Shown: positions 1 to 9,004, counted from the first letter of the stretch. The stretch is 41,188 bases of DNA from Rhodothermales bacterium (GCA_012271185.1 JAAXGV010000128.1:1-41188); one strand, 5' to 3'. Made by a program: numbers and translations. The notes: a model not told the origin generated them from the letters alone.

Positions 1-68
1 GGGGTGGAGCGAAGGGGAGGCCCCGTAAGGTCTGTTTTATGGGAGCAACTGATTTCAGGAGGACTCCG

Positions 69-540
69 ATGAAGCAGGCAAAGCCGTTTCCTATCACCAA
101 GCGCAGGGTGTGGGAGGCCTGGAAACAGGTTAAGGCAAACAAGGGCAGTGGGGGCGTAGATGGCGTGACGTTGAAGGATTTTGAGGCGAACTTTGGGGAG
201 CAATCTCTATAAGCTTTGGAATCGTATGGCGTCGGGCAGCTACTTTCCATTGCTGGTGCTTCGGGTAGAGATTCCCAAGCCGGATGGCGGTCGTCGTCCG
301 TTGGGGATACCGACTGTGGCCGATCGTGTGGCTCAGATGTTGGTCAAGCGGTATATGGAGCCGGAGGTGGCGCGTCAGTTTCACCCGGATTCGTATGGTT
401 ACCGCCCGGGGAGGTCAGCTCATCAGGCCTTGGCCAAGGCGCGCCAGCGGTGCTGGCGGGCGGCCTGGGTCCTGGACCTGGACATCAAGTCATTTTTTGA
501 CAGTATTGATCACGAGCTGCTGCTGCGTGCGGTGGGTAAG
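69..540 (+). pseudogene. Group II intron-type reverse transcriptase (maturase), frameshifted and 3'-truncated
   Basis: From ATG 69 the frame reads MKQAKPFPITKRRVWEAWKQVKANKGSGGVDGVTLKDFEAN and hits TAA at 210-212. The similarity continues in the next frame (ORF 181..699) as LGSNLYKLWNRMASGSYFP..GGRRPLGIPTVADRVAQ..YGYRPGRSAHQA..LDLDIKSFFDSIDHELLLRAVGK, the typical N-terminus and RT blocks 0-4 of bacterial group II intron RTs. The frameshift is near 192-200 (T run). Similarity stops at about 540, before the YADD block and the X/En domains. Bases 1-68 would be the intron domain IV leader. Confidence 0.8.
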
Positions 541-899
541 GTTGTGCTTCTGCAAGCGATGCCGGAATTTGCATATCGCGATCTCATCCGGCACGTGGCG
601 CACGTCTACGCCGGCAAAGCGGCGCGCGCGGGCTCCACGTCCATAAGAAACTCCTCTGCAGCGGGATCGGACAACCCGAACCATTGCTGCATGAAGTAGA
701 TCCGCAGTATGACCGGCAGGGGAATGGGCGGGCGCCCATTGCCCCGCTTGGGATAGTGTGGTTCGATGATGGCCAGGAAGTCTGCCCATGGCAGTATGGC
801 CTCCATCTCTTCGCGCAGTCGCTGCTTGCGGATTTTCTGTTTTCGTATTCGAGATCTGCGAAACTAAGCTGTGCCCGGAGTGGTTTTGCTAAGTTGCAT
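540..899 (-). pseudogene. IS5-family (DUF772-type) transposase N-terminal fragment, frameshifted, DDE domain missing
   Basis: The minus strand is readable only by hopping frames. The pieces are LSFADLEYENRK, then KIRKQRLREEMEAILPWADFLAIIEPHYPKRGNGRPPIPLPVILRIYFMQQWFGLSDPAAEEFL (ORF 606..806), then RRFAGVDVRHVPDEIAICKFRHRLQKHNL (ORF 490..789). This is the conserved N-terminal region of IS5/IS1182-type transposases. It has at least two frameshifts and no catalytic domain. Similarity ends at about 540, exactly where the RT fragment ends. Confidence 0.7.
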
Positions 900-1277
900 C
901 AGCGCCAGTCTCGAACCCCAGCTTAATCAGGAGTTCTCTGAGTACTTCGCCTGACTCCTTGTCCGTGTACACGGCTGAAACGGCGCATTGCCCGCGCCGG
1001 CGCGCAGCAGCAACACCGTCCAGACCGGAGTCGCGAATGAAGGAGTTGGCCACGAAAAACGCCCATTCACCGGCACGGGCGGGCGCTTTGGTAAGCTAAT
1101 CGCTGCGCACACTGTTGCCGAAGCGCTACACGGCCGCACGGAACTGTTCCAGATTGTTCGCCACAAGGGCGACATAAACTGCCGCTGCGCCCGCGGAAGG
1201 CACCGCATGTTAGTGTTCGGGAACAATCCCGCAGGTGTCAGATTGCGTATGGTGCTTAACTATGCACTGGCTGGTCC

Positions 1278-2534
1278 ATGCAGAAGAGTGATAACACACG
1301 GCCAGCGCCGGAAAAGGATGCCCTCGGGTCTCACGAGGCCCCGCCTGCGCCGACCGACAGCGATCTGACGGCGCAGATTGCGTCGGCACTTCCGTCCGGT
1401 TACTATGCGAAAGACCGTGGGTATGCCAAATATTTTCACGGGAGAAAGGAGGTGTTGTCCTTGTTTGCGCGACTTCGCGCAGATGCTCGGCAGGAACGTC
1501 CCGGTGGCCAGGGCACGACCTTCCTGATACAGGGAGCACCCGGGGCAGGCAAGACCGCACTGCTGTACCGGTGCGCCGAGGAAGCTGAGAAAGACGGTTG
1601 GACCGTGGCGGAAATCAATTCGCGTGCCTTGTATGACCCCGCAACCATGTCTCGGTGCTTGGGAAAACCGTATGTCGCTCAATCCAGGCGTACGCTTGGC
1701 GCGGCGTGGTTTGCATCACTGTTGCGGTCGAAGACCGTGGCGGGTATCCCCAGTGTGTATCATGTTCTGAAAGACATCGCGCCGAAAACGAAGGGCTTGC
1801 TGCTCGTACTGGATGAGGTGCAACGTATTGGGAGCCTTGTCAGCCACCAGCGCAAGGCAGATGTCGAGGACACGCTGGAGCAGATACATAACGGAGGGGT
1901 TGGCAGTCCCGTCATACTCCTGGCCGGCGGGCTGGGGACCTCGGAAGATGCACTCAATAGTCTGGGTATATCCCGCTTTTATGATGGATGCGTAGTGAAC
2001 CTAGGACGGCTGTCCCCTGAGCCGGAGCGGGCCATTATTCGGGACTGGCTGGCTCAGGACGGCGGCGCCAAAGGCGACGTGACACCCTGGACCGATGCCA
2101 TAGCCAGAGAGACACACGGCTGGCCGCAGCACATCATTGCATTCGCAGAGCCAGCGGCTCACATCGTGCGCAGCAACCGTGGACAGATGACGCCCCGCGG
2201 CCTGGAGGCGGTGTTGCGGCAGGGACAGCAGAGGAAAGAGAACTACTATTTCGCCCGGGTTAGGAAGCTCGAAGAACAAGATAGGGTGGTACTTGGCAGG
2301 GCGCTCTCCACAAGGTCCGCGGACACCTCATTCCGTGGCTCAGAGGTACTGGGCATATTCTCCGGAGAATACTCACGCGCCAAAGCGGAGCGGATTTTTG
2401 AATTGATTGTGCACAAGGGCGTGCTTGCGCGGACACGGGAGGGCAGGTTTGCGGTGCCTATCCCGTCCATGCATCATTGGCTGGTGGATCAGTACAGACG
2501 TGCCCGCACGCAGCAGCACGACATAGGTTTGTAG
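1278..2534 (+). CDS. Orphan AAA+ P-loop ATPase (AAA_22 / ExeA-TniB-ORC-like) with a C-terminal winged-helix-like region
   Basis: 418-aa ORF. Walker A is LIQGAPGAGKTALL and Walker B is LLLVLDEVQ, followed by VILLAGG and a THGWPQHI element resembling the GxP motif of ExeA/ORC-type AAA+ proteins. The C-terminus (IFELIVHKGVLARTREGRFAVPIPSMHHWL) looks like a winged helix. Confidence 0.7.
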   Translation: MQKSDNTRPAPEKDALGSHEAPPAPTDSDLTAQIASALPSGYYAKDRGYAKYFHGRKEVLSLFARLRADARQERPGGQGTTFLIQGAPGAGKTALLYRCAEEAEKDGWTVAEINSRALYDPATMSRCLGKPYVAQSRRTLGAAWFASLLRSKTVAGIPSVYHVLKDIAPKTKGLLLVLDEVQRIGSLVSHQRKADVEDTLEQIHNGGVGSPVILLAGGLGTSEDALNSLGISRFYDGCVVNLGRLSPEPERAIIRDWLAQDGGAKGDVTPWTDAIARETHGWPQHIIAFAEPAAHIVRSNRGQMTPRGLEAVLRQGQQRKENYYFARVRKLEEQDRVVLGRALSTRSADTSFRGSEVLGIFSGEYSRAKAERIFELIVHKGVLARTREGRFAVPIPSMHHWLVDQYRRARTQQHDIGL

Positions 2535-2674
2535 CTGGACCGGGCTCTGAAAGCACCTGGTATAACCGTTCAGGAACAATCCGCCTGTCAGCGCCAGGCT
2601 GGCGTCGTGCAGCCCCTCTGGAAGCCCGTTGTCTGCGGGATGGGTTTACCCCGGTAAGTACATTTATCAGGGGG

Positions 2675-3328
2675 TTAAAGCGTGACGAACCGCTCCAGTC
2701 GCGCGAGCTCGCTGTCGTCAACGTACTTGCCGATCTCGCGGCGGAACTGCGCGAGATCCTTGTAGGGGCGATATTCCTTGAATTCGTGCAGCATGCGGTT
2801 GCCCACGCCAGGAATGGAGAGAATCTCCTCATCGGATGCGCTGTTGAGATTCACGGGAACGAACACGTACTGTTCAAGCCGGGCAACTTCCTCGTCATCA
2901 ACGTACTTGCCGATTTCGCGCCGGAACTGAGCGATCGCTATATACGGCCGATACTCTTCAAACTCATGAGCCATGCGGTTGCCTACGCTTGGGATAAGCA
3001 GGATTTCCTCTCTCGAGGCGGTATTGAGGTTGATGGGTACGCTGACGTTGGTAAACAGTGCACGCGTTGCTTCGTCACCCGCAACAGGTTCCAACGCCTC
3101 GTAAAGGGCTGTCAGGGTCAGAAGCGGGCGCGCAGCAATCAGCGCGTCAACAGCCTCCCTGTCCATTATCGCTTCAAGTTGCTCGCGCGTAGCCAGATTC
3201 GCATTCAGCATGTCGCTCTGCGCCACCGCCGGGCACTCGCCTGCGGCAGTGAGCGCAGGATCATATTGCGATTCCAGCGTCGCGACAAGGAGAAGTATGA
3301 TGGATGTGGTGTTGGCTATTCTGGTCAT
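2675..3328 (-). CDS. Secreted helix-hairpin-helix (ComEA-like) repeat protein
   Basis: 217 aa with an N-terminal hydrophobic signal (TSIILLLVATL). There is one degenerate and two well-conserved HhH units (NLNTASREEILLIPSVGNRMAHEF / NLNSASDEEILSIPGVGNRMLHEF). An ATGA overlap (3325-3328) couples it to the upstream gene. Confidence 0.75.
   Translation of the reverse strand: MTRIANTTSIILLLVATLESQYDPALTAAGECPAVAQSDMLNANLATREQLEAIMDREAVDALIAARPLLTLTALYEALEPVAGDEATRALFTNVSVPINLNTASREEILLIPSVGNRMAHEFEEYRPYIAIAQFRREIGKYVDDEEVARLEQYVFVPVNLNSASDEEILSIPGVGNRMLHEFKEYRPYKDLAQFRREIGKYVDDSELARLERFVTL
2681..3040 (-). repeat. Tandem 180-bp (60-codon) intragenic duplication encoding two HhH modules
   Basis: Residues 97-156 (2861..3040) and 157-216 (2681..2860) align without gaps. 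By hand alignment 45 of 60 residues are identical, including QFRREIGKYVDD and EYRPY. Confidence 0.85.
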
Positions 3329-3747
3329 CGTGTGTCAGATTCAGGTTTGCAAAGCAGGTGATAGGCCAGGCCAGTGAGACCCGTATAGATCATCACGGCC
3401 GGTGCGAGTGCTGGCGTCGCGCCACGAACAGACTCCCAGAGGAGGGGCAGCCCCTTAAGGGCGGGCCGCATTTCGAGTTCAAATGCCACATTGCCTTGAT
3501 AGTGAAATATCAGTCCGGCCAGCCCTGCAAGGGTAAGGGCAGCCATGGTGCCGGCAAAGACATACGTGCTTGTCGGTGATCGCCTTGTTTCGTTCCAGAT
3601 AAGGGCTGGCAGGGCAGCCGCGATCATTGCCAGGGGCAGACACTGGATCACAGATTCATAGTGGCCCAGCAGCAGCAGTTCCACACCGGTGCCAATCAAA
3701 GCCAGGATCAGTAGTGCCAGCAGCAGCAGGCGGGCTTTAGTGGCCAC
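3325..3747 (-). CDS. Small integral membrane protein (about 4 TM helices), unknown function
   Basis: 140-aa ORF with four hydrophobic segments (LLLLALLILALIGTGVELLLLG, LPLAMIAAALPALIW, VFAGTMAALTLAGLAGLIF, LAPAVMIYTGLTGLAYHLL). It sits 8 nt downstream of the permease gene and overlaps the HhH gene start. Confidence 0.6.
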   Translation of the reverse strand: MATKARLLLLALLILALIGTGVELLLLGHYESVIQCLPLAMIAAALPALIWNETRRSPTSTYVFAGTMAALTLAGLAGLIFHYQGNVAFELEMRPALKGLPLLWESVRGATPALAPAVMIYTGLTGLAYHLLCKPESDTR

Positions 3748-3755
3748 CGGTCAGG

Positions 3756-4973
3756 CTATTCGTAGCGCAGCGCATCTATGGGGTTCAGTCTGGCAGCCTT
3801 TCTGGCCGGATAAAAGCCGAAGAAGATACCTACACTGGCTGAGAAGACCAAGGCGATCGCTACTGTTTCCGGTGATATTGCCGTACTCCAGCCGGTGGCG
3901 CGCCCTATAATTGACGCGCTGCCGAAGCCAAGCGCAACCCCAATCATGCCGCCAATCACGCTCATAACAATGCTTTCCACCAGGAACTGTGTCAACACGT
4001 CGCGCCCACGTGCTCCGATAGCCATCCGGATGCCAATCTCACGTGTCCGCTCGGTGACCGATACCAGCATGATGTTCATGATGCCAATGCCACCTACCAG
4101 CAGCGAGATGGAAGCAATAGCGGCCAGGAGCAGCGTCATCACCTCCGTGGTGCTCTGGGCCGCATCCGCGAGGTCATTCTGGTTGCGCACCGTGAAGTCG
4201 TTTTCTTCCCATTCCGCGAGGTTGTGTGACTCACGCATGATCGCGGCAATCTCTTCTTGGGCGCGCGGGACATCACCTGGCCTCGGTGTGCTTGCCATGA
4301 TCTGGAAGATGCGGCTCCACCCGCTCAGGCGAGTCTGTACCGAGGTGTACGGAGCGAGAATCACATCGTCCTGGTCATTTCCGTCAGGTGTCTGGCCTTT
4401 TGGTTCCAGCACGCCAATCACCTCGACCGGCACATTGCGTATCTGAATCCGTGCACCGGTTGGGTCACTGTCTGCAAAAAGCTCCTCGGCTACCGTATGG
4501 CCCAGCACCACGACGCGCCGCATGGCACGCATCTCGCTGGCATCAAAGAACCGGCCAGACTTCAGAGGCCAGTTGCGTATCACTATATAATCCGGGGAGA
4601 CACCGTTTATGGATGTGCGCCAGTTGCCGTTACCGCCGATGACCTGCGTACGTGTCCAGACCACGGGCGAGACAGCGTTGGCGTACAGACTCTCTCGCTT
4701 GATCTTGTCCGCATCCTTGATGGTGAGCCTGTTGTAGGTCTGTGCACCCCGGCTCACGCCTCCTGAGGAGCTCGAACCAGGCGTGATGACGATGAGGTTC
4801 GTGCCTAGGTTGTCGATCTGATTTTGGATCTGTGACTGGGCGCCCTGGCCAATAGCCACCATGACGATGACAGCGCCTACGCCAATAACGATGCCGAGCA
4901 TGGTGAGCAGCGTTCTCATCTTGTTCTTCAGGATGCTCTGCGAGGCGACCTTGATGAGTGTTGATCCTTTCAT
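3756..4973 (-). CDS. ABC transporter permease, FtsX/MacB-type
   Basis: 405 aa. The N-terminus is SQSILKNKMRTLLTMLGIVIGVGAVIVMVAIG, followed by a large periplasmic domain and a C-terminal FtsX-like 3-TM block (TERTREIGIRMAIGA). A 4-nt overlap joins it to the ATPase gene. Confidence 0.9.
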   Translation of the reverse strand: MKGSTLIKVASQSILKNKMRTLLTMLGIVIGVGAVIVMVAIGQGAQSQIQNQIDNLGTNLIVITPGSSSSGGVSRGAQTYNRLTIKDADKIKRESLYANAVSPVVWTRTQVIGGNGNWRTSINGVSPDYIVIRNWPLKSGRFFDASEMRAMRRVVVLGHTVAEELFADSDPTGARIQIRNVPVEVIGVLEPKGQTPDGNDQDDVILAPYTSVQTRLSGWSRIFQIMASTPRPGDVPRAQEEIAAIMRESHNLAEWEENDFTVRNQNDLADAAQSTTEVMTLLLAAIASISLLVGGIGIMNIMLVSVTERTREIGIRMAIGARGRDVLTQFLVESIVMSVIGGMIGVALGFGSASIIGRATGWSTAISPETVAIALVFSASVGIFFGFYPARKAARLNPIDALRYE

Positions 4974-5728
4974 GACGGTGGTGCAGCTTCCGGGACAGAG
5001 ATCGTTGTGAGCTCATGCGCAGCATTACGCCGATCCGCGACCGCTTCATCGCGAATAACGAGGCCGTCGCGGAGTTCAATAACACGGTCGGCACAAGCGG
5101 CGATGTCGCGCTCGTGTGTGACGATCAGTATGGTGATGCCTTGAGCGTTGAGCTCCTGGAACAGCGACAGCACCTCAACAGAGGTCTTGCTGTCCAGGTT
5201 GCCGGTCGGTTCGTCGGCCAGTAGGATGGCGGGCGAAGAAACCAGCGCCCGTGCAATAGCTACGCGCTGCTGCTGCCCGCCGGAAAGCTCGCTGGGCTCA
5301 TGGTCCATGCGGTCGCTGAGCCCGACACGTCTGAGCGCTTCACGTGCCAGGGTCCGCGCCTTCATCTTGCGTCCGGTGCGGTCATACAGGAGCGGCAGCT
5401 CGACGTTTTCAAGCGCTGATGTGCGGGCCAGCAGGTTAAAACCCTGGAAGACAAAGCCAATCTTCTGGTTGCGTATGTCAGCAAGCTGATTCTTGGTCAT
5501 ATTCTCCACCTGGACGCCATCCAGGTGGTAGGTTCCCTCGGTCGGGTAGTCAAGGCATCCGATGATGTTCATCAGTGTGGACTTTCCGGAGCCGGAAGCA
5601 CCAATGATCGCAATCATTTCTCCGCGGCGTACGGTGAGGTCCACGCCCCGCAGCGCGTGCACCTTGGTCTTACCCATATTGTACACCTTGCACACACCGT
5701 GCGTGTGCATCACCACATCATTCGCCAT
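4970..5728 (-). CDS. ABC transporter ATP-binding protein (MacB/LolD-type)
   Basis: Walker [10 protein letters not shown], signature [15 protein letters not shown], Walker [13 protein letters not shown] and H-loop VTHE. Confidence 0.95.
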   Translation of the reverse strand: MANDVVMHTHGVCKVYNMGKTKVHALRGVDLTVRRGEMIAIIGASGSGKSTLMNIIGCLDYPTEGTYHLDGVQVENMTKNQLADIRNQKIGFVFQGFNLLARTSALENVELPLLYDRTGRKMKARTLAREALRRVGLSDRMDHEPSELSGGQQQRVAIARALVSSPAILLADEPTGNLDSKTSVEVLSLFQELNAQGITILIVTHERDIAACADRVIELRDGLVIRDEAVADRRNAAHELTTISVPEAAPPS

Positions 5729-5738
5729 GCCTTAGCGT

Positions 5739-7031
5739 TTAAAAGCCGCCGGATCGTCTGCGGCGGTTGTTCTGCTGGAAGGGATTCAGGGAACGGCTGC
5801 TTCCCTGCTCCTGCGTAACGCCGGCGATAATCTCCATGCCAGGTTTGAGCTGACGGGAGATGATCTCGGTCATCGTGCCATCGGAGATGCCGGTACGGGC
5901 CGGTGCAATGGCGAGTGCGCCTTGGTCGTCCAGATACCAGAGCATAGCAAAGTCACTGGCGCCGCCGGAAACACCGCCAAAGCCATTTCTGGCCTGGCCC
6001 CCGAATCCGCCGGCAGACCTGCCTTCGTCGCCCCGCCCCGGTCCGCCGCTCCGGACGCGTGCAAAGTCACCGGCTGCCCGCCTTGCCTCCATCTGCTCGC
6101 GAAGCTCTGCCATCATGGTCTCGGTCGGACGAAACCGCAGCGCCGCATTGGGGATTTTCAGCACGTTCTGAGCGGTCTCAATCAGGAAATCAACTGTGGC
6201 CGTCATGCCAGGCAGCAGCCGACCGTCAGGGTTGTCAACATCGATCGCTACAGTATAGTTGACGACATTTTCCAGGGTCGTGGACTGGAGTCGCACCTGG
6301 TGAACAAGGCCCATGAAGGTTTCTCCAGGATAGGCTTGCACTGTAAAGCGTGCTGCCTGACCCTGCTTGATCACGCCGATGTCGCTTTCATCGACAGAGG
6401 CAAGTATCTCCATGCGCGAGAGGTCCTGACCGATCAGAAACAACTGCGGAGCGGAAAAGCTGGCAGCAACAGTTTGTCCCACGTCGACGTTGCGCTCAAT
6501 AACGGTCCCGGAAACGGGTGCGTATATTGTTGCATAGTCCATATTCTGGAGCGCACGTTCCAGACTGATTTGTGCGGACTTGGTCGACGCGATGGCAATG
6601 TCCAGGTTGTATTGGGTCTGGTTGAGCTCGACTTCGGTGACGAATTGCTTTTCGAACAGCGGTTTGACACGCGCAAGCTCCCGCTCGGCTTGTCGCAGCT
6701 GGGCTTTGTTGCGCTCCAGATTGGCTTCCGCATCCCGGACGGCACTGGTCAGAAGCGTCGTGTCAATGCGGGCGATAATCTGTCCGCGTCTGACGTTGTC
6801 GTTAAAATCAACGTAGATCTCTGAAATGATCCCTGACACCTGTGTGCCTACTTGCACCGTCGTGATAGGGTTAAGCGTGCCTGTGCTGGCGACGACAGAC
6901 TCCAGATCGCCCTGTTCCATTGTAACAAACCGGTACGGGCTCACAACTTCATCGCCTTCCCGGTTAAAGTACCAGAATGCAGTGCAGCCAAGCGCGACAA
7001 CAATCAGGATGAGCGGTGCTAGCTTCTTCAT
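5739..7031 (-). CDS. HlyD/MacA-family periplasmic efflux adaptor
   Basis: 430 aa with an N-terminal TM/signal (LAPLILIVVALGC). A coiled-coil hairpin region (EANLERNKAQLRQAERELARVK) is flanked by lipoyl/beta-barrel-like segments, and the tail is Gly/Arg-rich. Confidence 0.85.
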   Translation of the reverse strand: MKKLAPLILIVVALGCTAFWYFNREGDEVVSPYRFVTMEQGDLESVVASTGTLNPITTVQVGTQVSGIISEIYVDFNDNVRRGQIIARIDTTLLTSAVRDAEANLERNKAQLRQAERELARVKPLFEKQFVTEVELNQTQYNLDIAIASTKSAQISLERALQNMDYATIYAPVSGTVIERNVDVGQTVAASFSAPQLFLIGQDLSRMEILASVDESDIGVIKQGQAARFTVQAYPGETFMGLVHQVRLQSTTLENVVNYTVAIDVDNPDGRLLPGMTATVDFLIETAQNVLKIPNAALRFRPTETMMAELREQMEARRAAGDFARVRSGGPGRGDEGRSAGGFGGQARNGFGGVSGGASDFAMLWYLDDQGALAIAPARTGISDGTMTEIISRQLKPGMEIIAGVTQEQGSSRSLNPFQQNNRRRRSGGF

Positions 7032-7055
7032 GGGGCTTGTATCCTAATGGGTAGA

Positions 7056-7454
7056 TTACTGGTTGCGCTTGCTGTCTGAGCGGCTGCGGCGCTGATGGTT
7101 ACGTTCACGGTTTATCCATTCGTCCAGTTGTGTCTGCTGCCCTTCTGTGAGCACGGGCCTGAGATTTGCAACCAGGCTGTCACGGTGGGCCTGAAGCATC
7201 TCCCCGCAGGTCTTGCGTGCTTCTCGAAAGCGTTTTTCTGAGTCTTCAACAACTGCGCTGATCTGACTGTGCTGCATCTCGCTGTTAGTCTGAATAATCT
7301 CTTCGATCATGCGCATCATGCCGCCGGCCTCACGTGCTTCGCGGAGCTGAGCGGCACGGCGATTCTGCAAGACGCTGACGCCGGATGCTCCAAGAAGCAG
7401 ACCCAAAACCAGGGTAACAGCCAACAGGAGTAATGATTTGCGGCGCGCGTTCAT
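7056..7454 (-). CDS. Periplasmic LTXXQ-motif (Spy/CpxP-like) protein
   Basis: 132 aa with a signal/TM (SLLLLAVTLVLGLLLGA), a helical charged body, an LTEGQ motif and a basic tail. Confidence 0.5.
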   Translation of the reverse strand: MNARRKSLLLLAVTLVLGLLLGASGVSVLQNRRAAQLREAREAGGMMRMIEEIIQTNSEMQHSQISAVVEDSEKRFREARKTCGEMLQAHRDSLVANLRPVLTEGQQTQLDEWINRERNHQRRSRSDSKRNQ

Positions 7455-7885
7455 GGATCAGCAGGAAACAGCGGTTCCAGATCTGCGGAATATGCTGCAG
7501 TCAGCGTGACCGGCTGAAGGCCAAGCATCACCTCGGTAGTCGTTGGCACTACGCTGTAGGACCCCCGAAGCGTGGTGTTGTAGGTCAGGAGCGAGGCCAT
7601 AATCAGCAGCGCAGCGATCACAACCGGGCGAAATATGTTGAGCAGCGAACCGTAGAGCGCCTGCTCATGGTGTGCACGGCTGGTAAGCCGGCGCACTACG
7701 TGCCCGGCCAGCCAAGGGTCCGTCACATGGGACATGGCGCTGGCCTGCAGGACTGAGCGTACCTGCTCCAGCACCGTGAGTTCATTCTTGAGCGCTGGTC
7801 GCCTCGCGACCGCAGCACGAGCGGCCTCATCTCCCGAGAGAGCGGCATCCAGCAGGCGAATAGCGGATCGCTCAGGCATCGTCAT
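7451..7885 (-). CDS. Putative membrane-anchored anti-sigma factor
   Basis: 144 aa, immediately downstream of the ECF sigma gene and overlapping it by 14 nt. It has an N-terminal cytoplasmic helical part and a single TM (VVIAALLIMASLLTY). The call rests on position and architecture, not a recognised domain. Confidence 0.5.
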   Translation of the reverse strand: MTMPERSAIRLLDAALSGDEAARAAVARRPALKNELTVLEQVRSVLQASAMSHVTDPWLAGHVVRRLTSRAHHEQALYGSLLNIFRPVVIAALLIMASLLTYNTTLRGSYSVVPTTTEVMLGLQPVTLTAAYSADLEPLFPADP

Positions 7886-8426
7886 CTATCAGGGGCTGCA
7901 GTGTTCTGCGAAGCATTTTGGAGGCTCTGCTTAGCCGTGACAGCACAGTACCTACGGGTACGCCTAGTATCTGTGCTGTCTCGCGGGTCGTGTAGCCCTC
8001 AAGGAGGCGCAAGACGACAACAGACCGGTAATGCGGCCGGAGTGACTGTACGGCGCGGTGCACGTGCTCTGCGCGGTCAAAGTTCTCAAATGCTGCCGGT
8101 CGGGTTGAGTCGCCGGGCGCGCCCAGGCTGGTGAAGATGGAGCGGGTGCGTTTGCGGCGGCGCAGCACATCCAGCGAGCGGTTGATGGCGATGCGCCTGA
8201 GATATGTCTCAAGCGAGGCATCCCCGCGATAGCGGTCAAGCGAGTCATAGAATCGGATGAAGACATCCTGCACGGTGTCATCAACCTCAGGTGTTCTGCC
8301 CAGCATTGCTGCAACGGTGCGGGTGACAACACCCTGATGTCGTTCAACAAGAACTCCAAGGGCGTCCATGTCGCCGTTGTGGGCACGCAGCACAAGCTCT
8401 TCATCGTGCACTGGCGGAGCATTCAC
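7872..8426 (-). CDS. ECF-type RNA polymerase sigma-70 factor
   Basis: Region 2 reads VQDVFIRFYDSLDRYRGDASLETYLRRIAINRSLDVLRRRK. The region 4 HTH reads VVVLRLLEGYTTRETAQILGVPVGTVLSRLSRA. The ORF is open up to 8561, but the extra 45 aa is not sigma-like. An in-frame GTG at 8426 gives a normal 184-aa ECF length and lies downstream of a candidate ECF promoter. Confidence 0.9.
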   Translation of the reverse strand: MNAPPVHDEELVLRAHNGDMDALGVLVERHQGVVTRTVAAMLGRTPEVDDTVQDVFIRFYDSLDRYRGDASLETYLRRIAINRSLDVLRRRKRTRSIFTSLGAPGDSTRPAAFENFDRAEHVHRAVQSLRPHYRSVVVLRLLEGYTTRETAQILGVPVGTVLSRLSRASKMLRRTLQPLIDDDA

Positions 8427-8471
8427 GTAGCAAGTTGGTGCACAGCCGCCACCGCGCGGTCGTCCGCTCCG

Positions 8472-8498
8472 CAAACGGTGCCTCCACTCCAGTGTTCC
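8472..8498 (-). promoter_or_regulatory. Candidate ECF-type promoter (GGAAC-N16-CGTTTG) upstream of the sigma gene
   Basis: The minus strand reads GGAAC (8498..8494), a 16-nt spacer, then CGTTTG (8477..8472), about 45 nt upstream of GTG 8426. It matches the generic ECF -35 GGAAC / -10 CGT pattern. Confidence 0.35.
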
Positions 8499-8589
8499 GT
8501 TCTGCTTGGCCTTCGGTGCAGTACTTCCGTTCGGCAGTACGCACAGCCGGTGCGGCATCACGACCGGACACAGGACGCCTGCAGCGACC

Positions 8590-8976
8590 CTAATACCGCC
8601 CGCGTGAGCGGTTGGCGCGCTGGTTTTTACGGTACTCCTGGTACCGTGTCATCTGTTCCTCCGTAAGGAGCTTGGCCAGCGCCTCGCTGGTTTCTCGGTT
8701 AATGGTCTCCACCACCTCCCGCAGTTCTTCCTCCGTTATGCGGCCGCTGTCACGCAGCCTGGTCCTGATGTCTGCCAGCTTCTGGTTGCGGGCCGTGAGC
8801 ACTGCCCGTACGGTATCAGCTGCTTCGCCCTCCAGCTCGAGAAGCTCGATAACGATCTCTACGTCGGCTTTCAACCGCTCCTGCATGTCTGCCTCACCAA
8901 GTGAGCGCCTTTCCGCCTGCGCACTGGCGAGGGTTGCAAACACCAGGCCCACAGCTACCAGCAGTGATGATTTCAT
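8590..8976 (-). CDS. Periplasmic LTXXQ-motif (Spy/CpxP-like) protein
   Basis: 128 aa with a signal peptide (LLVAVGLVFATLASAQA), a helical charged body, an LTEEQ motif and a basic tail. It is the first gene of the minus-strand array. Confidence 0.5.
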   Translation of the reverse strand: MKSSLLVAVGLVFATLASAQAERRSLGEADMQERLKADVEIVIELLELEGEAADTVRAVLTARNQKLADIRTRLRDSGRITEEELREVVETINRETSEALAKLLTEEQMTRYQEYRKNQRANRSRGRY

Positions 8977-9004
8977 AGCGTATCCAGTGGTTGGTATGGA
9001 TGGA

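Noticed and set aside
892-1209. Minus-strand frame that reads partly like protein (..AVYVALVANNLEQFRAAV*..GEWAFFVANSFIRDSGLDGV..AVSAVYTDKESGEVLRELLIKLGFE)
   Set aside because: It has two in-frame stops and no family I can name. A faint resemblance of the VYTDKESG segment to serine-recombinase N-termini is too weak to call. It is probably another decayed gene in the scar, but I cannot support a call.
2477-3361. Long antisense or overlapping ORFs in the track (for example 2477..3361, 3895..4446, 5922..6824, 9998..10615, 10887..11609, 13806..14498, 23812..24438, 24904..25416, 26668..27393, 30652..31512)
   Set aside because: Each lies opposite a gene with strong family motifs and has the Arg/Ser/Pro/Ala-rich composition typical of shadow ORFs in high-GC DNA. 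No motifs were recognised.
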